From Carcharhinus amblyrhynchos (lineage: Eukaryota), in the NCBI GenBank assembly GCA_965287045.1, contig OZ336872.1, positions 94,054,001 to 94,118,000 on the forward strand: a DNA stretch of 64,000 bases, in the 5' to 3' direction. The position numbers and the translations under genes were made by a program. Every line of letters starts with the position of its first letter. Position 1 is the stretch's first letter. The notes beneath the pieces are model-generated. The model searched no databases. It saw only the letters and a list, made by a program, of their open reading frames with translations, and was not told where the DNA came from. Of the stretch, positions 26,880 through 38,711 are shown one piece after another.

Positions 26880-28080
26880 TGTTCATTCAATGGGTGTGAG
26901 TAACTTTGACAAAACCAACATTTATTGCCCATTCCTAATTGCCCTTCAGAGGTTGGTAGTGAGCTGTCTTTTGAACCACTTCATTGTGGTGAAGATACAC
27001 CCACAGTGCTGTTAGGGAAGGAGCTTTAAGAATTTCATCCAGTGACACTGAAAGAAGTTTTAGTGCATTTCCAAGTGAGGAACGTAGGTACCTTGGAAAG
27101 TGGTGTTACCATGCATCTGCTGCCCTTGTCCTTCTAGATGTAGAGATCACACATTGGGGAGATACTGCCAATGAAGCTTTGGTGAATTGTTGGAGTGCGT
27201 TTTTCTAAATTATATATAGTACAGCCATGGTGCGCCAAGGGTGGGGGGGTTTGATAAAGTTTTAGGCGTGGAAGGGGTGCCAGCCAAGCAAGTGTTTTGT
27301 CCTGGGTGGTACTGAATTTTACTGAGTGTTGTTGGACATACACTCATTCAAAAAGTAGAGATTATTCCATCATATTCTTGACTTCTGTCTTGGAGATGAT
27401 TGAAAGGATTTGGGTTGTCAGGAGGTGAGACATTCATCACACAATATTGCCCTTTGACCTGCTCTTGTAGTCACAGTATTTTTATGGCTGGTCAAGTTAA
27501 ATTTCTGGTTAATGATGATGCCATGATGTTGATAATGAGAGATTCATTAATGGAAATGCCATTGAATGTCGGAGAGGAGATGGTTGAATTTTATATTGTT
27601 GGAGATGATCATTGCCTAGTGCTTGTATGTTGCAAATACCACTTGCTACATTTTAACCCCAGCATTAATGTCGTCCCATTCTTGCTGCATGTGGTTCATT
27701 ATCTGAGGAATTGCAACTGGAAGTATATCCTACATAAGAGTGAGCATTCCCATGCCCGATCTTATGACGAAGGGAAGTTCACTGACAAAGGAGGAGAAAT
27801 GGTTGGGACTAAGACATTACTTCAGGAACCACTGCAGTCCTGGGGCTGAGATGATTGGCCTCCAATAATCATACCCATCTTTCTAGTTCAATTCCAGCTT
27901 TGACACCTTGATGGCACGTGTGATCAAATGCTGCCTTGATGCCAAAGGTAGCTGCTTCATCTCTGGAATTTCAGCTCTTTTGTCCATGTCTGAACCAAGG
28001 CTTGAATGAGGTCATGGCAGAAGGGAGTTTATTTGTGAGTATATGTTGCTTGGTAGAACTGTTGATAATCCTTTCCATTT
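26880..28080 (-). mobile_element. degraded CR1-clade LINE (RT fragment plus 3' end)
   Basis: minus strand at ~27905-27950 reads FGIKAAFDHTCHQG, resembling RT motif LDIKAAFDRVWHQG; tail atttattgcccattcctaattgcccttc. Confidence 0.75.
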
Positions 28081-29827
28081 GTTTGCTGATGAAATAACGT
28101 GATTTGTAGAAGCATCGGGCTTTTGGTGGTTTGTGTGTAACTAATGTATTTGCCTGTTCTTTGTGTAAATAATAATGGCAATGCAAATAGTGTTCACTGT
28201 CCAAGAGAAACTTTCCAAGTTAAACATGGGAATCCAGAACTTGCACCCCAACAAAGCTGTGTCAATAGACTCAGCATTAAAGTCCATAAAATGGTGTTAA
28301 ATTAGGGTCTCTATCTCCTAATTACTCACTATGCAGACAGTAAAATATTGGAGCTGGCACATTCAGCAGTCAGTGAAATTTTAATGATGTAATGATAATT
28401 GCTGTAAATAACCTCTTTGGTTCTGAAAACATAACTTTATAAGTGTGGAGTTTCTTTCCTTCATATGCTAATTAGTGTTGGAGATCAAAAAATAATTAAA
28501 AGATAATTTAATTTTTTTCTCATTTTTCTAATCCTATGTCTTGCTCCCAATCATTATTTCACATTCTGTACATAGTTCAAGACTAGTTTATACTTTTTGG
28601 TTTAAACTCTGCTGGAGTGAGGGTAAATTTTAACCCCCACCACCCCCCCTAAAAAAAAATCCGGCATCCTGGATGTTAAAAATCAGAAATCCAATCCCAA
28701 CCCTCCATTTCTGGTTTTAACTGAGGTTGCACAGAGGTGGGAAACCAAGCTCTACAGAAACCGTGGGCTGCCAATTTAAGTATTAAAATGAGCTAGGATG
28801 CTTCATTTTTAAGCACAGTTTAAAATCTAATACTGGCTGGTTAAGCTTTTCAGGAAAGCCACTGGCAAAATGTGATATGAGGATTGCTGGATCCAGGCAG
28901 CTAGTGTCTTTTCACTTACCAGCTGGATCCAGTACAGCTTCTTCATCCAACCCATACTAGTGGACACATTCCTCCCCACCTCCCCAACCAAGCACCCCTG
29001 CCCATTTTCTTTCATAACATCTTCAAACTGCCCCTGGCTTGTGCTGTCCAATGATCCTGGCCTCTGAACTGCCTCAGGATCCTGATACTCCCCCAACCCT
29101 AGCCTTTCAAAAGGCCAGCCATTCCCTGGGCCAGAAAAATGCTAATCTAGGTCCTAATGCTGTTGGAGCCATCGGGCAACCCTTTCTTCCAAGCTTCCTG
29201 ACTTCAGGCTAGACTCGAAGGGCACCTCACGGGATCAGATGCAAGATGAGAACACTATTCCATTCACCATTGACTGAACATTACTGGACCTCTGGAAAAA
29301 GCAAGCAAAGGAAAAAGAGTGCATTTCTTTACAGAGTGGCTCTCACAACATCAGGGTGTTCCAAAGCATGTTACAATCAATGATATACTTTTGATGGACA
29401 GTCACTATTGAGAATAAAGACAACATTATTTGTAATGTACTGAAGACTGGATTAGACAAGTGTGACTAAAGCATTTCTGAAACCTTGACACAATTATTGT
29501 AATATTTGTGTAAATCAGAGCAAAGAATACTGCACCTCATGAAGGATTCTTTTCCCTGCTTGGGAGACAAATTCCTTTAGAACCATGAATTTTTTGAAAA
29601 TTAATACTAGCAATGAAGAATGAAACTGAATTTAAAATGATTGACTTCCTGAATTTAGATGGGCAGTACGTTGGATCAAGTCCATTACAGATGTACATTC
29701 ATCATTTCATCATCTGCTTCATCCAAGTGATTCTTTACATGGATGTGTTAGAAGGGGAAAACCTGTTCTGATATGTCCCCAAATTATGCCACATCAGAAT
29801 TCTGAGGTGAATGCATTATTATCTTGA

Positions 29828-30240
29828 TGGTCAGCTTGAGTCAGTAGTAGCACTCTCATCTCTTTCATTAGAAGGTCATGGGTTGAAGCCCCACTCTAGA
29901 TACTTAGCATTAAAAGAAATAACTTGCATTTGCACAGCACTTTTCACTACCTCACTGTCCCAAACAAAATACTTCTAAAATGTAGTCACTGCCCCAAGGA
30001 AACACAACAGCCAATTTGCACACAGCAATTCTACAAACAGCACTGTGTTCATGACCAGTCTATTGTTAGTGATGGTGATTGAGTGTCAAATATTTTCCAG
30101 GAGAGTGGAAGAGCTGCATTGTTGGAACTGTTTCCTGTTAGATGGTGAAATATGTCCTCTTAGGTATTTGTAATCGTCTTGAGTCATTATACCATGAAGA
30201 GCAGGGAATTTCCTGGTATTTTGGTCAACATCCGTCTTTC
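29828..30240 (+). mobile_element. old tRNA/Deu-domain-type SINE (SacSINE1/AmnSINE-like) with an opposite-strand L2-tailed fragment inside (~29912-30110)
   Basis: head gtcagtagtagcactctc...agaaggtcatgggttgaagccccactctaga; later gaagagcagggaatttcctggtattttggtcaacat; inner aaagaaataacttgcatttgcacagcactttt; family name from recall. Confidence 0.55.
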
Positions 30241-31119
30241 ATCATTCTTAATATTAAAGGTCAAATTCATAAATGATAGTTTTGAAGTGGGTTGCCGTTG
30301 CATCAATCAGTTCCTGCAATATTCATGTGTCAAGTTCACATAACACATCAGGACTTTCAGAAGGATGGAAAGCCTGGTCTGACTCTTAACTAAGCAAATT
30401 AGTTCTGAAGTATCACATAATAACAAGCTGTTCAAAGACATTCCAAGGTTATACATAAACAGCTTCCCCCTTGTGTATCCTTAATAACAGTATTAATAAT
30501 TATGACAAAATTTAGATTACTAAAGACTGCTGCAGAATTTATCTCATCTTCCAAAATTAGCACTCAAATTATGAAGCAATAAAGTAGCAGGTCAAACTTG
30601 TTTGGCAATTACAGCAAAGCAAACAAGCATTTTTGGTAATAACATAAAGATCTTCCTTTTGTAAGAGATGCATCACTAAACATCTGAAAATGATGTCTTT
30701 TATCACTAACTTTCAATGCACAGTAATGCTTCTAAACAAAGCTGCATCATAACAAATGGAATCTGAGGATTAGACTCAGGATTCAGTTCAGCTTCTATTT
30801 TACTATGTGTTCTTAAGTGCATTTCAGTGAGATGTTTCATTTTGTGCCATGATGAAGTAGGTGTTTCATTTCTTTGAATTCAAGTTTGTTAATTCCTGAA
30901 GAATCTTCAACACAACATTATTTTTCTCGACAGAAATCCTAGTCAGTTACCTCTTACAAACTTAGCAACCACTAAATCAGGGCCATGAAACACAGGAGTT
31001 TCAAGTGACACGTTCTAATTAACTGTCGGGTTATTTGAGGAATGCGAACCACAATTAAAAACTTGCCTTGGCAGGAGACGTAAACAATCAGATCCCACAA
31101 CCTGGACTTGCCAAATAAT

Positions 31120-32685
31120 TGTGCTTATCATAACTGACATCCTATCTGACTGTGGCAAAGGTTAAAATTTCCCTCCTTGTCTGTGGCAAAGGGAAAATCT
31201 CCCTCTTCATTCTTCTCAATCTCTCTTCAGCCTTTGACATAGTCAACCAAACCATCCCCAGCTCCAAAATCTCTGTGGGCCAACTGAGTGAGACTGCTCT
31301 GACCTGCTTCCATTTTTATCTCTTTAATCATAGCTAGAGATTACAGTTGGAGCCCAAAATCAGCCATGATGGTATCCATTGGTAGAGCAGGCATGACAGA
31401 CCATAGGTTCAACAAATATCACCACCTCCCCCCCCGGCTTCCTATTTTCCTCAGCTCTGGTGAAGGGTCATCCAGACTTGAAACATTAATTCTATTCTCT
31501 CCCTACAGATGTTGTCAGGTCTGCTGAGATTTTCCAGCATTTTCTGTTTTTGTTTCAGATTCCAGCATCCATAGTCATTTGGCTTTATATAAGGCCATAG
31601 GTTCTACTCTGCTCCTATTTCTTGTGTTCTTGTAATCACTTCCAATGGCGTCACTTTCTGCTACTGCACAATCACCCGAGAATCAATCCCTGACCTTCCT
31701 CTTATTTCCCATCTACATGCTGCCTTTACTATCAGAAGGCATGGCTTTAGTTTTCACATGTATGCTTATGACACCCAGCTCTACACCACCTGTACTGGCT
31801 CGACTCCTCCACTGTTGACAAGTAGTCAGACTGCTAGATGAGCATAAATGTTCTCAAATTAAATATTCTTTAGACTGAAGCCATTGATGTTGGTGCCACT
31901 CCAAACTCTGTTTCCTAACTACTGACTCCAACTCTCTCCCTGGCAACAGTCTAAGATTATCCAAGTCTGTTCACAAGTTTGGTGTCACATTTGATTCAGG
32001 GATGAGCTTCTGACCACATGTTCATACTATCACTCAAACTACCTTTCTCCCATCTCCGTAGCATCACTCAATATCACCCCTGTTTTGGCTCATCTATTGT
32101 TGAATTCCTCATTCTTGTCTTTATTACCTCTAGACATGACTATTCTAACACACCCCTGGCTGGTCTCCCATATTTTACCCTCTGAAAACTTGTAGTCATT
32201 GAAAACTACATTGCCCATGTTTTAACTCACAGTATGTCATGTTTCACCATCACTGCTGTATTCATTGACCTGTGTTGGCTCCCAGGCAAGCAACATCTTG
32301 ATTTAAAAATTCTCTTCCTTGTTTTCAAATCCTTATCTCTGTACCCTCCTCCAACACCACAATCTTCCAGGCTGTCTGTGCTTCTTAATTCTGGCCTCTT
32401 GTAAATTCCCAGTAATAATTTCTCCACCACTGGGGGCCATGCCTTCAGTTGTCTTAGGCTCCCAAGATCTGGAATTCTCTTCTCACATCTCTCAGCCTCT
32501 TACCCACACTTTTGTCATTTGAGACACTGCTTAATAGCTACCTCTTTCACCAAGCTTTCCATCAGATGGCTTAATTTTTTCTTTGTGGCTTGGTGTAACA
32601 CTTGGTTTTATCTTGCTTTGTGAACTGTCTTGGGATGTTTTGTTACGTTAAAGGTGCAATACATAAACATAAATTGTTATCGTTC
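31120..32685 (+). mobile_element. degraded L2-clade LINE (RT domain to 3' end)
   Basis: LFILLNLSSAFDIV (LLDLSAAFDTV motif) in ORF 31152; tttcacatgtatgcttatgacacccagctctac = FHMYAYDTQLY (YADD motif); 3' end acgttaaaggtgcaatacataaac. Confidence 0.85.
31425..31590 (+). mobile_element. Penelope-like pseudo-LTR (family B) with decayed hammerhead core
   Basis: ctggtga-a-gggtc-atcca-gactt-gaaac at 31457-31484, followed by acagatgttgtcaggtctgctgagatttccagcattttctgtttttg. Confidence 0.7.
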
Positions 32686-33036
32686 TTCCTGATACTTCCT
32701 GCTGATTGACTTCTGTTGCTACAGACCTATTCATTTTTGGTTTGAATCACATTAGTCCTGTAAACTAAGAACTTATATGTGATGGGTGATATGATTGTTG
32801 TATTAAAGATCCAGATGTAGAATTCAACTGTTGTGACTGCTAGCAATATTGAGCTAGTTGTATACATATAATTTAATGCCCAAATTATTTGCAGTTAATG
32901 AGGAACAGAGAGGAAAATCGTATTACTGTACTATAACCTTTTAATATGGATGACCTTGAAGCACAGTTCAGTATATGTCCCTCCCCTAGCTACAAGCTAA
33001 GTTAGAGTCCCTGTCCTGCCTGTTATACAAGAGGTA

Positions 33037-33331
33037 AGCACAGTAAGAAGTCTTACAACACCAGGTTAAAATCCAACAGGCAGCACAAGCTTTTGGAGCA
33101 CTGCTCCTTCATCAGGTGAGTGAGGACTTGTGTTCACAAGCAGGGCATATGGAGACATAAACTCAATTTACAAGATAATGGTTGAAATAGTTGGCAGGGA
33201 GCGCAGCTGTTGGCATGATAGTCGGGACGCAATGTTGTGTGTGTCTAAAGCACACCTGTTGGACTTTAATCTGGTGTTGTGAGACCTCTTACTATGCTTA
33301 TCCCAGTCCAATGCCAGCATCTCCACATCGT
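33037..33331. mobile_element. Penelope-like insertion (family A) with inverted ends, hammerhead core and 11-bp TSD
   Basis: TSD tacaagaggta at 33026-33036 and 33332-33342; arm cagtaagaagtcttacaacaccaggttaaaatccaacagg is inverted relative to cctgttggactttaatctggtgttgtgagacctcttacta. Confidence 0.85.
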
Positions 33332-33577
33332 TACAAGAGGTACCCATATCATGGTGTCCACATGGTACCCATTATCACCATCGTGTTGTTCATTGTGCTT
33401 GACCCAGTAACAATCTGGAAGGACTTGAAGGAGTGTAACTTGGACAAGATAAGGGAGCACAAGCACTATCCAAATTAGCCACTCTTAATAAATGAGCCCA
33501 AACCATGAGTATCTGCATCTAAGTAGGCATCAGAAAAAAGCTGGTTCCTGGCTTTCTTTCATCTGATGTACACATGT

Positions 33578-34300
33578 TTTTAAAAATTCATTAATGGGTT
33601 GTGGGTGACACTGGCTGCACCAGCATTTATTGCCCATCCCTAATTGCCCTTGAGATGTGTTAGTGTGCTGCCTTCTTGAACTGCTGCTAAATTCTCCCTT
33701 AGTGTACCTGAGCAGGCACCGGAGTGCGGCGACTAGGAGATTTTCAAGTAACTTCATTGCATTGTTGATGTAAGCATACTCATAAATAAATAAATATTCC
33801 ATTTGACCTATGTGGTATAGGTACACTCGCTGTGCTTTTGGCAAGGGAGCTCTCAGAATTTGGCCCAGAGACAGTGAAGCTGTTATATTTCCAAGTCAGG
33901 ATATTGAATGGCTTGGAGGGGAACTTTGAGTTGGTGGTGTAACTATGTATCTGCTGCCCTATCCTTCTAATGGTAGCATTCATGGGTTTGAAAGTTGCTG
34001 TCTGGAATGCGTTGCCCGGGGTGATGTTGGGAGCCGGAATGATAGTGGCATGTAAGGGGCATCTAGATGAATACATGAATAGGATGGGAATGGATGGATA
34101 CAGACTCCATAAATGCATACAGCTTTAGTTTAGGGAGGCATCACGGTCAGCACAGGCTTGGAGGGCCAAAGGACCTGTTCCAGTACTGTACTGTTCTTTG
34201 TTCTTTTGTTTGAGGTTTGGTGAGTTCTTGCAAGACATCTTGTAGATGGTACACACTGTTGCCACTGTGCATCAATATTGGAGAGTGTGTCATTGGATAA
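33578..34300 (-). mobile_element. CR1-clade LINE 3' fragment hosting two insertions (SINE end 33685-33807; + strand CR1 tail ~34000-34208)
   Basis: ccagcatttattgcccatccctaattgcccttga...atatttccaagtcagg; inner tggaatgcgttgcccggggtgatg...ctgttctttgttc. Confidence 0.75.
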
Positions 34301-34820
34301 CAATTAGGATGATGCAATTTGGCCTTCACAAAGTGGGGCTACTCAAGGGAATTGCAGCAGTTTGCCATTTTTCTGTTTGTAATGTACTAACTCACCTGCT
34401 ACTTGGCATTAGACCTGGGAGCTGCCTGGTCTGTAACTCAGTTCCTCACTATCTTACCAGCAGGTCTACTGAGGGAGCTTTGAACAATTTTCTGAACTGT
34501 GACAGACAAATGAGGCAGAATCATAACTAAGGAACAGTCCTGCATGAATGGCCAACATTGTGAGAATTATTCTCAGAGACTGCAAACTACTTTGTGAAAA
34601 GAAGTGTTGCTTGTGGTCAATTTGGCACCCAGACGTAAGAAAGCCAACCATTGCATGTTAGAAAGGACTCTGAGGTTGCATGGGACATCTTGAAGTGCAG
34701 TACTCCCAAAAGCTGTTCTTCAAGAGTCCCAGGAATAAAAAAACGTGACATAAAACAGAAAATACTGGAAATACTCTGCAGGTCGGACAGCATCCACGGA
34801 GAGAGAAAAACAGAGTCACT

Positions 34821-34938
34821 GGGCACGATTTTCTAGTCCTACCTACCCCAGGACTGGAAATGCTCATTGAAGAACTTTCAATTGCCTCTTCCACCCACAA
34901 TGATTCCCATGGCAGGGCAGGACTGGAAAATTTACCAT
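34821..34938. mobile_element. small Harbinger-type MITE inside the PLE terminal repeat
   Basis: TIRs gggcacgattttctagtcc / ggactggaaaatttacc. Confidence 0.6.
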
Positions 34939-35074
34939 ATTCCACGCCTTTCATCCGAACTAGATTTTTTAACAGGGGAAGAGACAAACAAAGGGAAGGT
35001 CACTGATAAGCTGGAAAACAGGAGAGCCCAAATTACAAAAGGAATGTTGTCCAGAGCAGTTGTCAAATGGAATA

Positions 35075-35363
35075 TTTATTTATTTATTTATGAGTGTCAC
35101 AAGTATGCTTACATCAACACTGCAATGAAGTTATTGTGAAAATCTCCTAGTCGCTGTACTCCGGTGCCTGCTCAGGTACACTGAGGGAGAATTTAGCATG
35201 GCCAATGCACCTAACCAGTGCATCTTTTGAACTGTGAGAGGAAACCGATGCAGACATGGGGAGAATATACAAACTCCACACAAACAGTGATCCAAGCCAG
35301 GAACTGAACCCAGGCCCCTGGCACTGTGAGGCAGCAGTGCTAACCACTGTGCCGTCATGCCAC
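35075..35363 (-). mobile_element. HE1-like SINE with alternative (taataaataaa) tail
   Basis: same head and V-domain as other copies; tail ...aacttcattgcagtgttgatgtaagcatacttgtgacactcataaataaa on the minus strand. Confidence 0.9.
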
Positions 35364-36469
35364 ACCTGATAGCAGATTAATTAATAATAACTGCTGTTCA
35401 AAACATGGGGACAGAGATGATGACCTGAAATTGTTGAATTCAGTGTTGAGTCCATTGGGTTGTAAAGTGCAAAAGGTGAAGGGCTGTTTTTCAGTTGGAA
35501 CAGGATAGGAGGCGAAGGACTGAAATGTCAGGGTACGAGTGAAGTCGATCATTAAGAATGATAGTTGAACAGTTGATGAGAAGCTCAGGGACACACTTGT
35601 TGACTAAATGGAAATGTCCTCCCAAGTATAGAATGGACCACATTCTGAACACCAAACATAATATAAATAAATTGAAAGAAGTACAACTAAATTGGTGCTT
35701 CACATAGGAGTGTTTGAGCCTTTGGACGGTGGAAGGGGTGGAGAGAAAGGGCCGGTGTTGCATCTCTGCGTGCATGGGATGGTGCTGTGGGAAGCACAGA
35801 GGGCGCTGAAAGTAATTGAAAAATGGACCAGGTAATGTGCAGGGAATGGTCCCTGTGGAATGCTGAAAGGTGAAGAGAGGGGAAGATCAATTTGGTGGCG
35901 GCATCAAGATAGAGATTTTGAAAATAGCAGAGGCTGATCGACTGTATATCATTATTATTGTGGCAGCTATTAATACTGGACATTTACAATTCCAATACAT
36001 GTCAGTGACAAAGGCACTGCTTATACTTTATGAAACACGTGGGCTAGGTCAGCTATTCAATCAAGTGTTGACATCCAATTAAGTCCCTATAATCTTGGCT
36101 AGTGAATCCCTATCATTACAATTTATTCTAACACAGCTGACTGCAGCGGTTAATATGGCTGGAAAGAGAAAAGCATGGAGACTCTGCATAAAAATTGACC
36201 TTCTCAAGATGGATGAATACAAAACAATTTTCTTGGAAGTTATTAAACACAAATGGAAAGATTTGGCACATTGTTATGAATTTATTTCCCCCATCCCATC
36301 AACCAGTGCAGAATTCCATAGCAAAAAGAGATAGTGGCAGCCTAGACTCTGACTTCTGTTACTGTAATTTTCAGCTTGTAGGCAAGAATAATGCATGTTA
36401 TTTCATGCTCTGAACTTAACATTGTTCCCTCTTGTTGGATAGCTACTAAAATCCATTTAGTAGGAGACA

Positions 36470-37900
36470 TTTACGGCATAGGATGTCACCATTCAGCCCA
36501 ATCAGTCTATGCCAGCTCTCCATGCAGTAATTTCCCTGCTCTATCAAGGGACAACTGAGTTTCCTTTTGGAATTGTTGATTGTCTCTGCTCCCACCACCC
36601 TCATTGCCAGCGAGTTCCAGGTCATTATGACTCACTGTTTAAAAAAAAGTTCTTCCTCACATCTCACTGCATCTCTTACCCGAAACCTTACATCTGTGTC
36701 CCCTAGTTCTTCTGCCATCAGTTAATGGGTTCAATTTTTCCTTGCCTACCTCTATCCAAACCTCTCAATATCTTTGTTATATCTCACCTCAATCACCTTT
36801 GCTCTAAGAAGAACGACTCTAACTTCTCCAACCTAATGTTGTAGCTCAAAACCCCATCCTTGCATCCATTCTCGTAGGTCTCCTCTGCATTCTCTCAAAG
36901 ACTGGGTGGCACACTGGCTAGCATGCTGTTTCACAGCGCCAGGGACCTGGATTTGATTGCTGGCTTGGGTTACTATTTGTATGAAATCTGCATGTTCTCC
37001 CTGTGTCTGCATGGGTTTCCTCCAGGTGCTCTGGTTTCCTGCCATAGACTAAAGGACATGCTTGTTAGGTGTATTGGCCAAGGTAAATTCCCCTTCAGTG
37101 TACCTGAACTGACGAGGAGATTGTCCCAGTAACTTCATAGTAGTGGTAATGTAAGCCTACTTGTGACGCTAATAAATAAACTGTGGTGACCAGAACCAGA
37201 GATAATACTCTCATTGTAACCTCACCGGAACTTTGTAAAGGTTCAGCATAATTTCCCTGCTTTTGTGCTCAATGTTGTACCATTTATGAAGCCCAAGGTC
37301 CGATATACTTTGCCAGTTACTTTCTCGGTGTGTCCTGCACCTTTTAAAGATCCATGCACACAAACTCCAAGATCCCTTTTCCCCACCCTAATCTTTAAAC
37401 TCTGCCATTATCATCAAAAGCCTCCATCCTTGTTCACTGCTGGAATCCACCGATGCCATTGAAAGTGAATGGAGTTTTGGCAGGACGCAAATTCTCCATT
37501 CTCACTTGCAGATGGGATGGGCACGAATGAGATCGAAGAATCCTGCCCAATGTTTATACCACCTCCCCCAATCTTTCTGCTGAAATGTATCACTTCACAG
37601 TTCCCTGTATTAAATTGTGTCTGTCACTTTTCTGTCCATTTTGCTAGCCCATGCCCTGTTACACTTGATTCATATCATCCTCGCTGTTTGCCAGAACTCA
37701 TAATTCAATATCATCAGCAAATTTTAAAATTTCACTCTGTGTTTCAATGTCCAAGTCATTTATACATATCAAAACAAGCAGTGGTCCGAGCACTAACCCT
37801 TGGGGAACATCACTAACTACCATCCTCCAGTCTCAAAAACAGCCGTTCATCAAAACTCACTATTTTCTGTCCTTTTTTTTATCCAAGCGGAATGCTGAGA
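36470..37900 (-). mobile_element. degraded CR1 LINE containing a SINE (36903-37182) and a MITE remnant (~37420-37550)
   Basis: gcgagttccaggtcattatgactcactgtttaaaaaaaagttcttcctcacatctc, tgtggtgaccagaac and gtggtccgagcactaacccttggggaacatcac are antisense CR1 ORF2/3' motifs, homologous to 52160-52780. Confidence 0.75.
36903..37182 (+). mobile_element. HE1-like SINE with alternative tail
   Basis: gggtggcacactggctagcatgctgtttcacagcgccagggacc ... gtaagcctacttgtgacgctaataaataaac. Confidence 0.88.
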
Positions 37901-38059
37901 GTCCTATTTCATGATCCACAGTCTAGGTAATCAGCCTTTTATATATTACCATGTCTCAAATTTACGTGGACGTTATCCACTATATTTCCTTCATCAACTT
38001 CTATCAATCAATTCAATTAGGTTAGCCAAACATATGATTGGACTAGAGGTTACTTCGAA

Positions 38060-38711
38060 CTGTGTGAGTGGGTGCCCGATGCCAGTGGGTCTGAAGGTCA
38101 TACTCCCCCTCAATTTTTATGCATCTGGATCTTTCCCAAGGTCAGTGGGGGATCTGAGTGGAGTGTCCCAATCAACTGTCCATGATTGCATCAAGCTGAT
38201 ATTGTATGCTCTGTTCTGACAGGTCCACACATTACTGGGTGGACCAGGCCACCAGACTGAGCAAGCCAAAGGCTTAGCAGCTATTGCTGGATTTACCCGC
38301 ACCCAGTGTGCCACAGACTGCACTCAGATAGCCATCCAACACAATCAGCCAGGTGCCTTTGTGAATAGGAAGGCTTATCAGTCCATGAACATCTAGATAG
38401 TATGCATCCACAGGACCAGATTCAGCAAACCTGTGTAAGGTATACCTGATGTGGGTATGCCGGCGTTGGACTGGCGTAAACACAGTAAAAAGTCTGACAA
38501 CACCAGGTTTTAGTCCAACCTATTTATTTGATAATATACTATTATAATATATATTATCAAATAAATAGGTTGGACTAAAACCTGGTGTTGTCAGACTTTT
38601 TAAGGTATACCTGGCAGCTTTGATGATGCATACATCCTGTTCCTGGCTCCAGCTTGGCTGAATGGTTGGTTGCTGGGTGACAAAGGGTATCCACTGAAAA
38701 GGTGGCTCATG
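38060..38711 (+). pseudogene. PIF/Harbinger (HARBI1-like) DDE transposase relic
   Basis: LNFYASGSFPRSVGDLSGVSQSTVHDCIK; AIAGFTRTQCATDCTQIAI; FVNRKAYQSMNI*IVC; [10 protein letters not shown]; [16 protein letters not shown]: collinear HARBI1-family motifs with stops and frameshifts. Confidence 0.9.
38449..38600 (-). mobile_element. short PLE-type fold-back insertion with perfect 53-bp arms and 13-bp TSD
   Basis: TSD taaggtatacctg at 38436-38448 and 38601-38613; arms 38486-38538 and 38550-38602. Confidence 0.9.

Larger units (their letters stand above)
34745..35945 (-). mobile_element. Penelope-like element relic: RT-GIY-YIG linker, endonuclease C-terminus and pseudo-LTR, interrupted by a MITE and a SINE
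   Basis: minus-strand ORFs give DAATKLIFPSLHLSAFHRDHSL (cf. PLE IFP..P..AFRR..SL) and EKQPFTFCTLQPNGLNTEFNNFR (cf. TL.P.GLN); family B terminal repeat lies downstream at 34745-35060. Confidence 0.8.

Noticed and set aside
10574-38602. Calling the long hairpins miRNA genes or CRISPR/terminator structures
   Set aside because: They are repeat-derived with TSDs; no expression data; no repeat-spacer array; eukaryotic context
38060-38711. Domesticated HARBI1 gene
   Set aside because: Stops, frameshifts, deletions and an insertion show it is a transposon fossil
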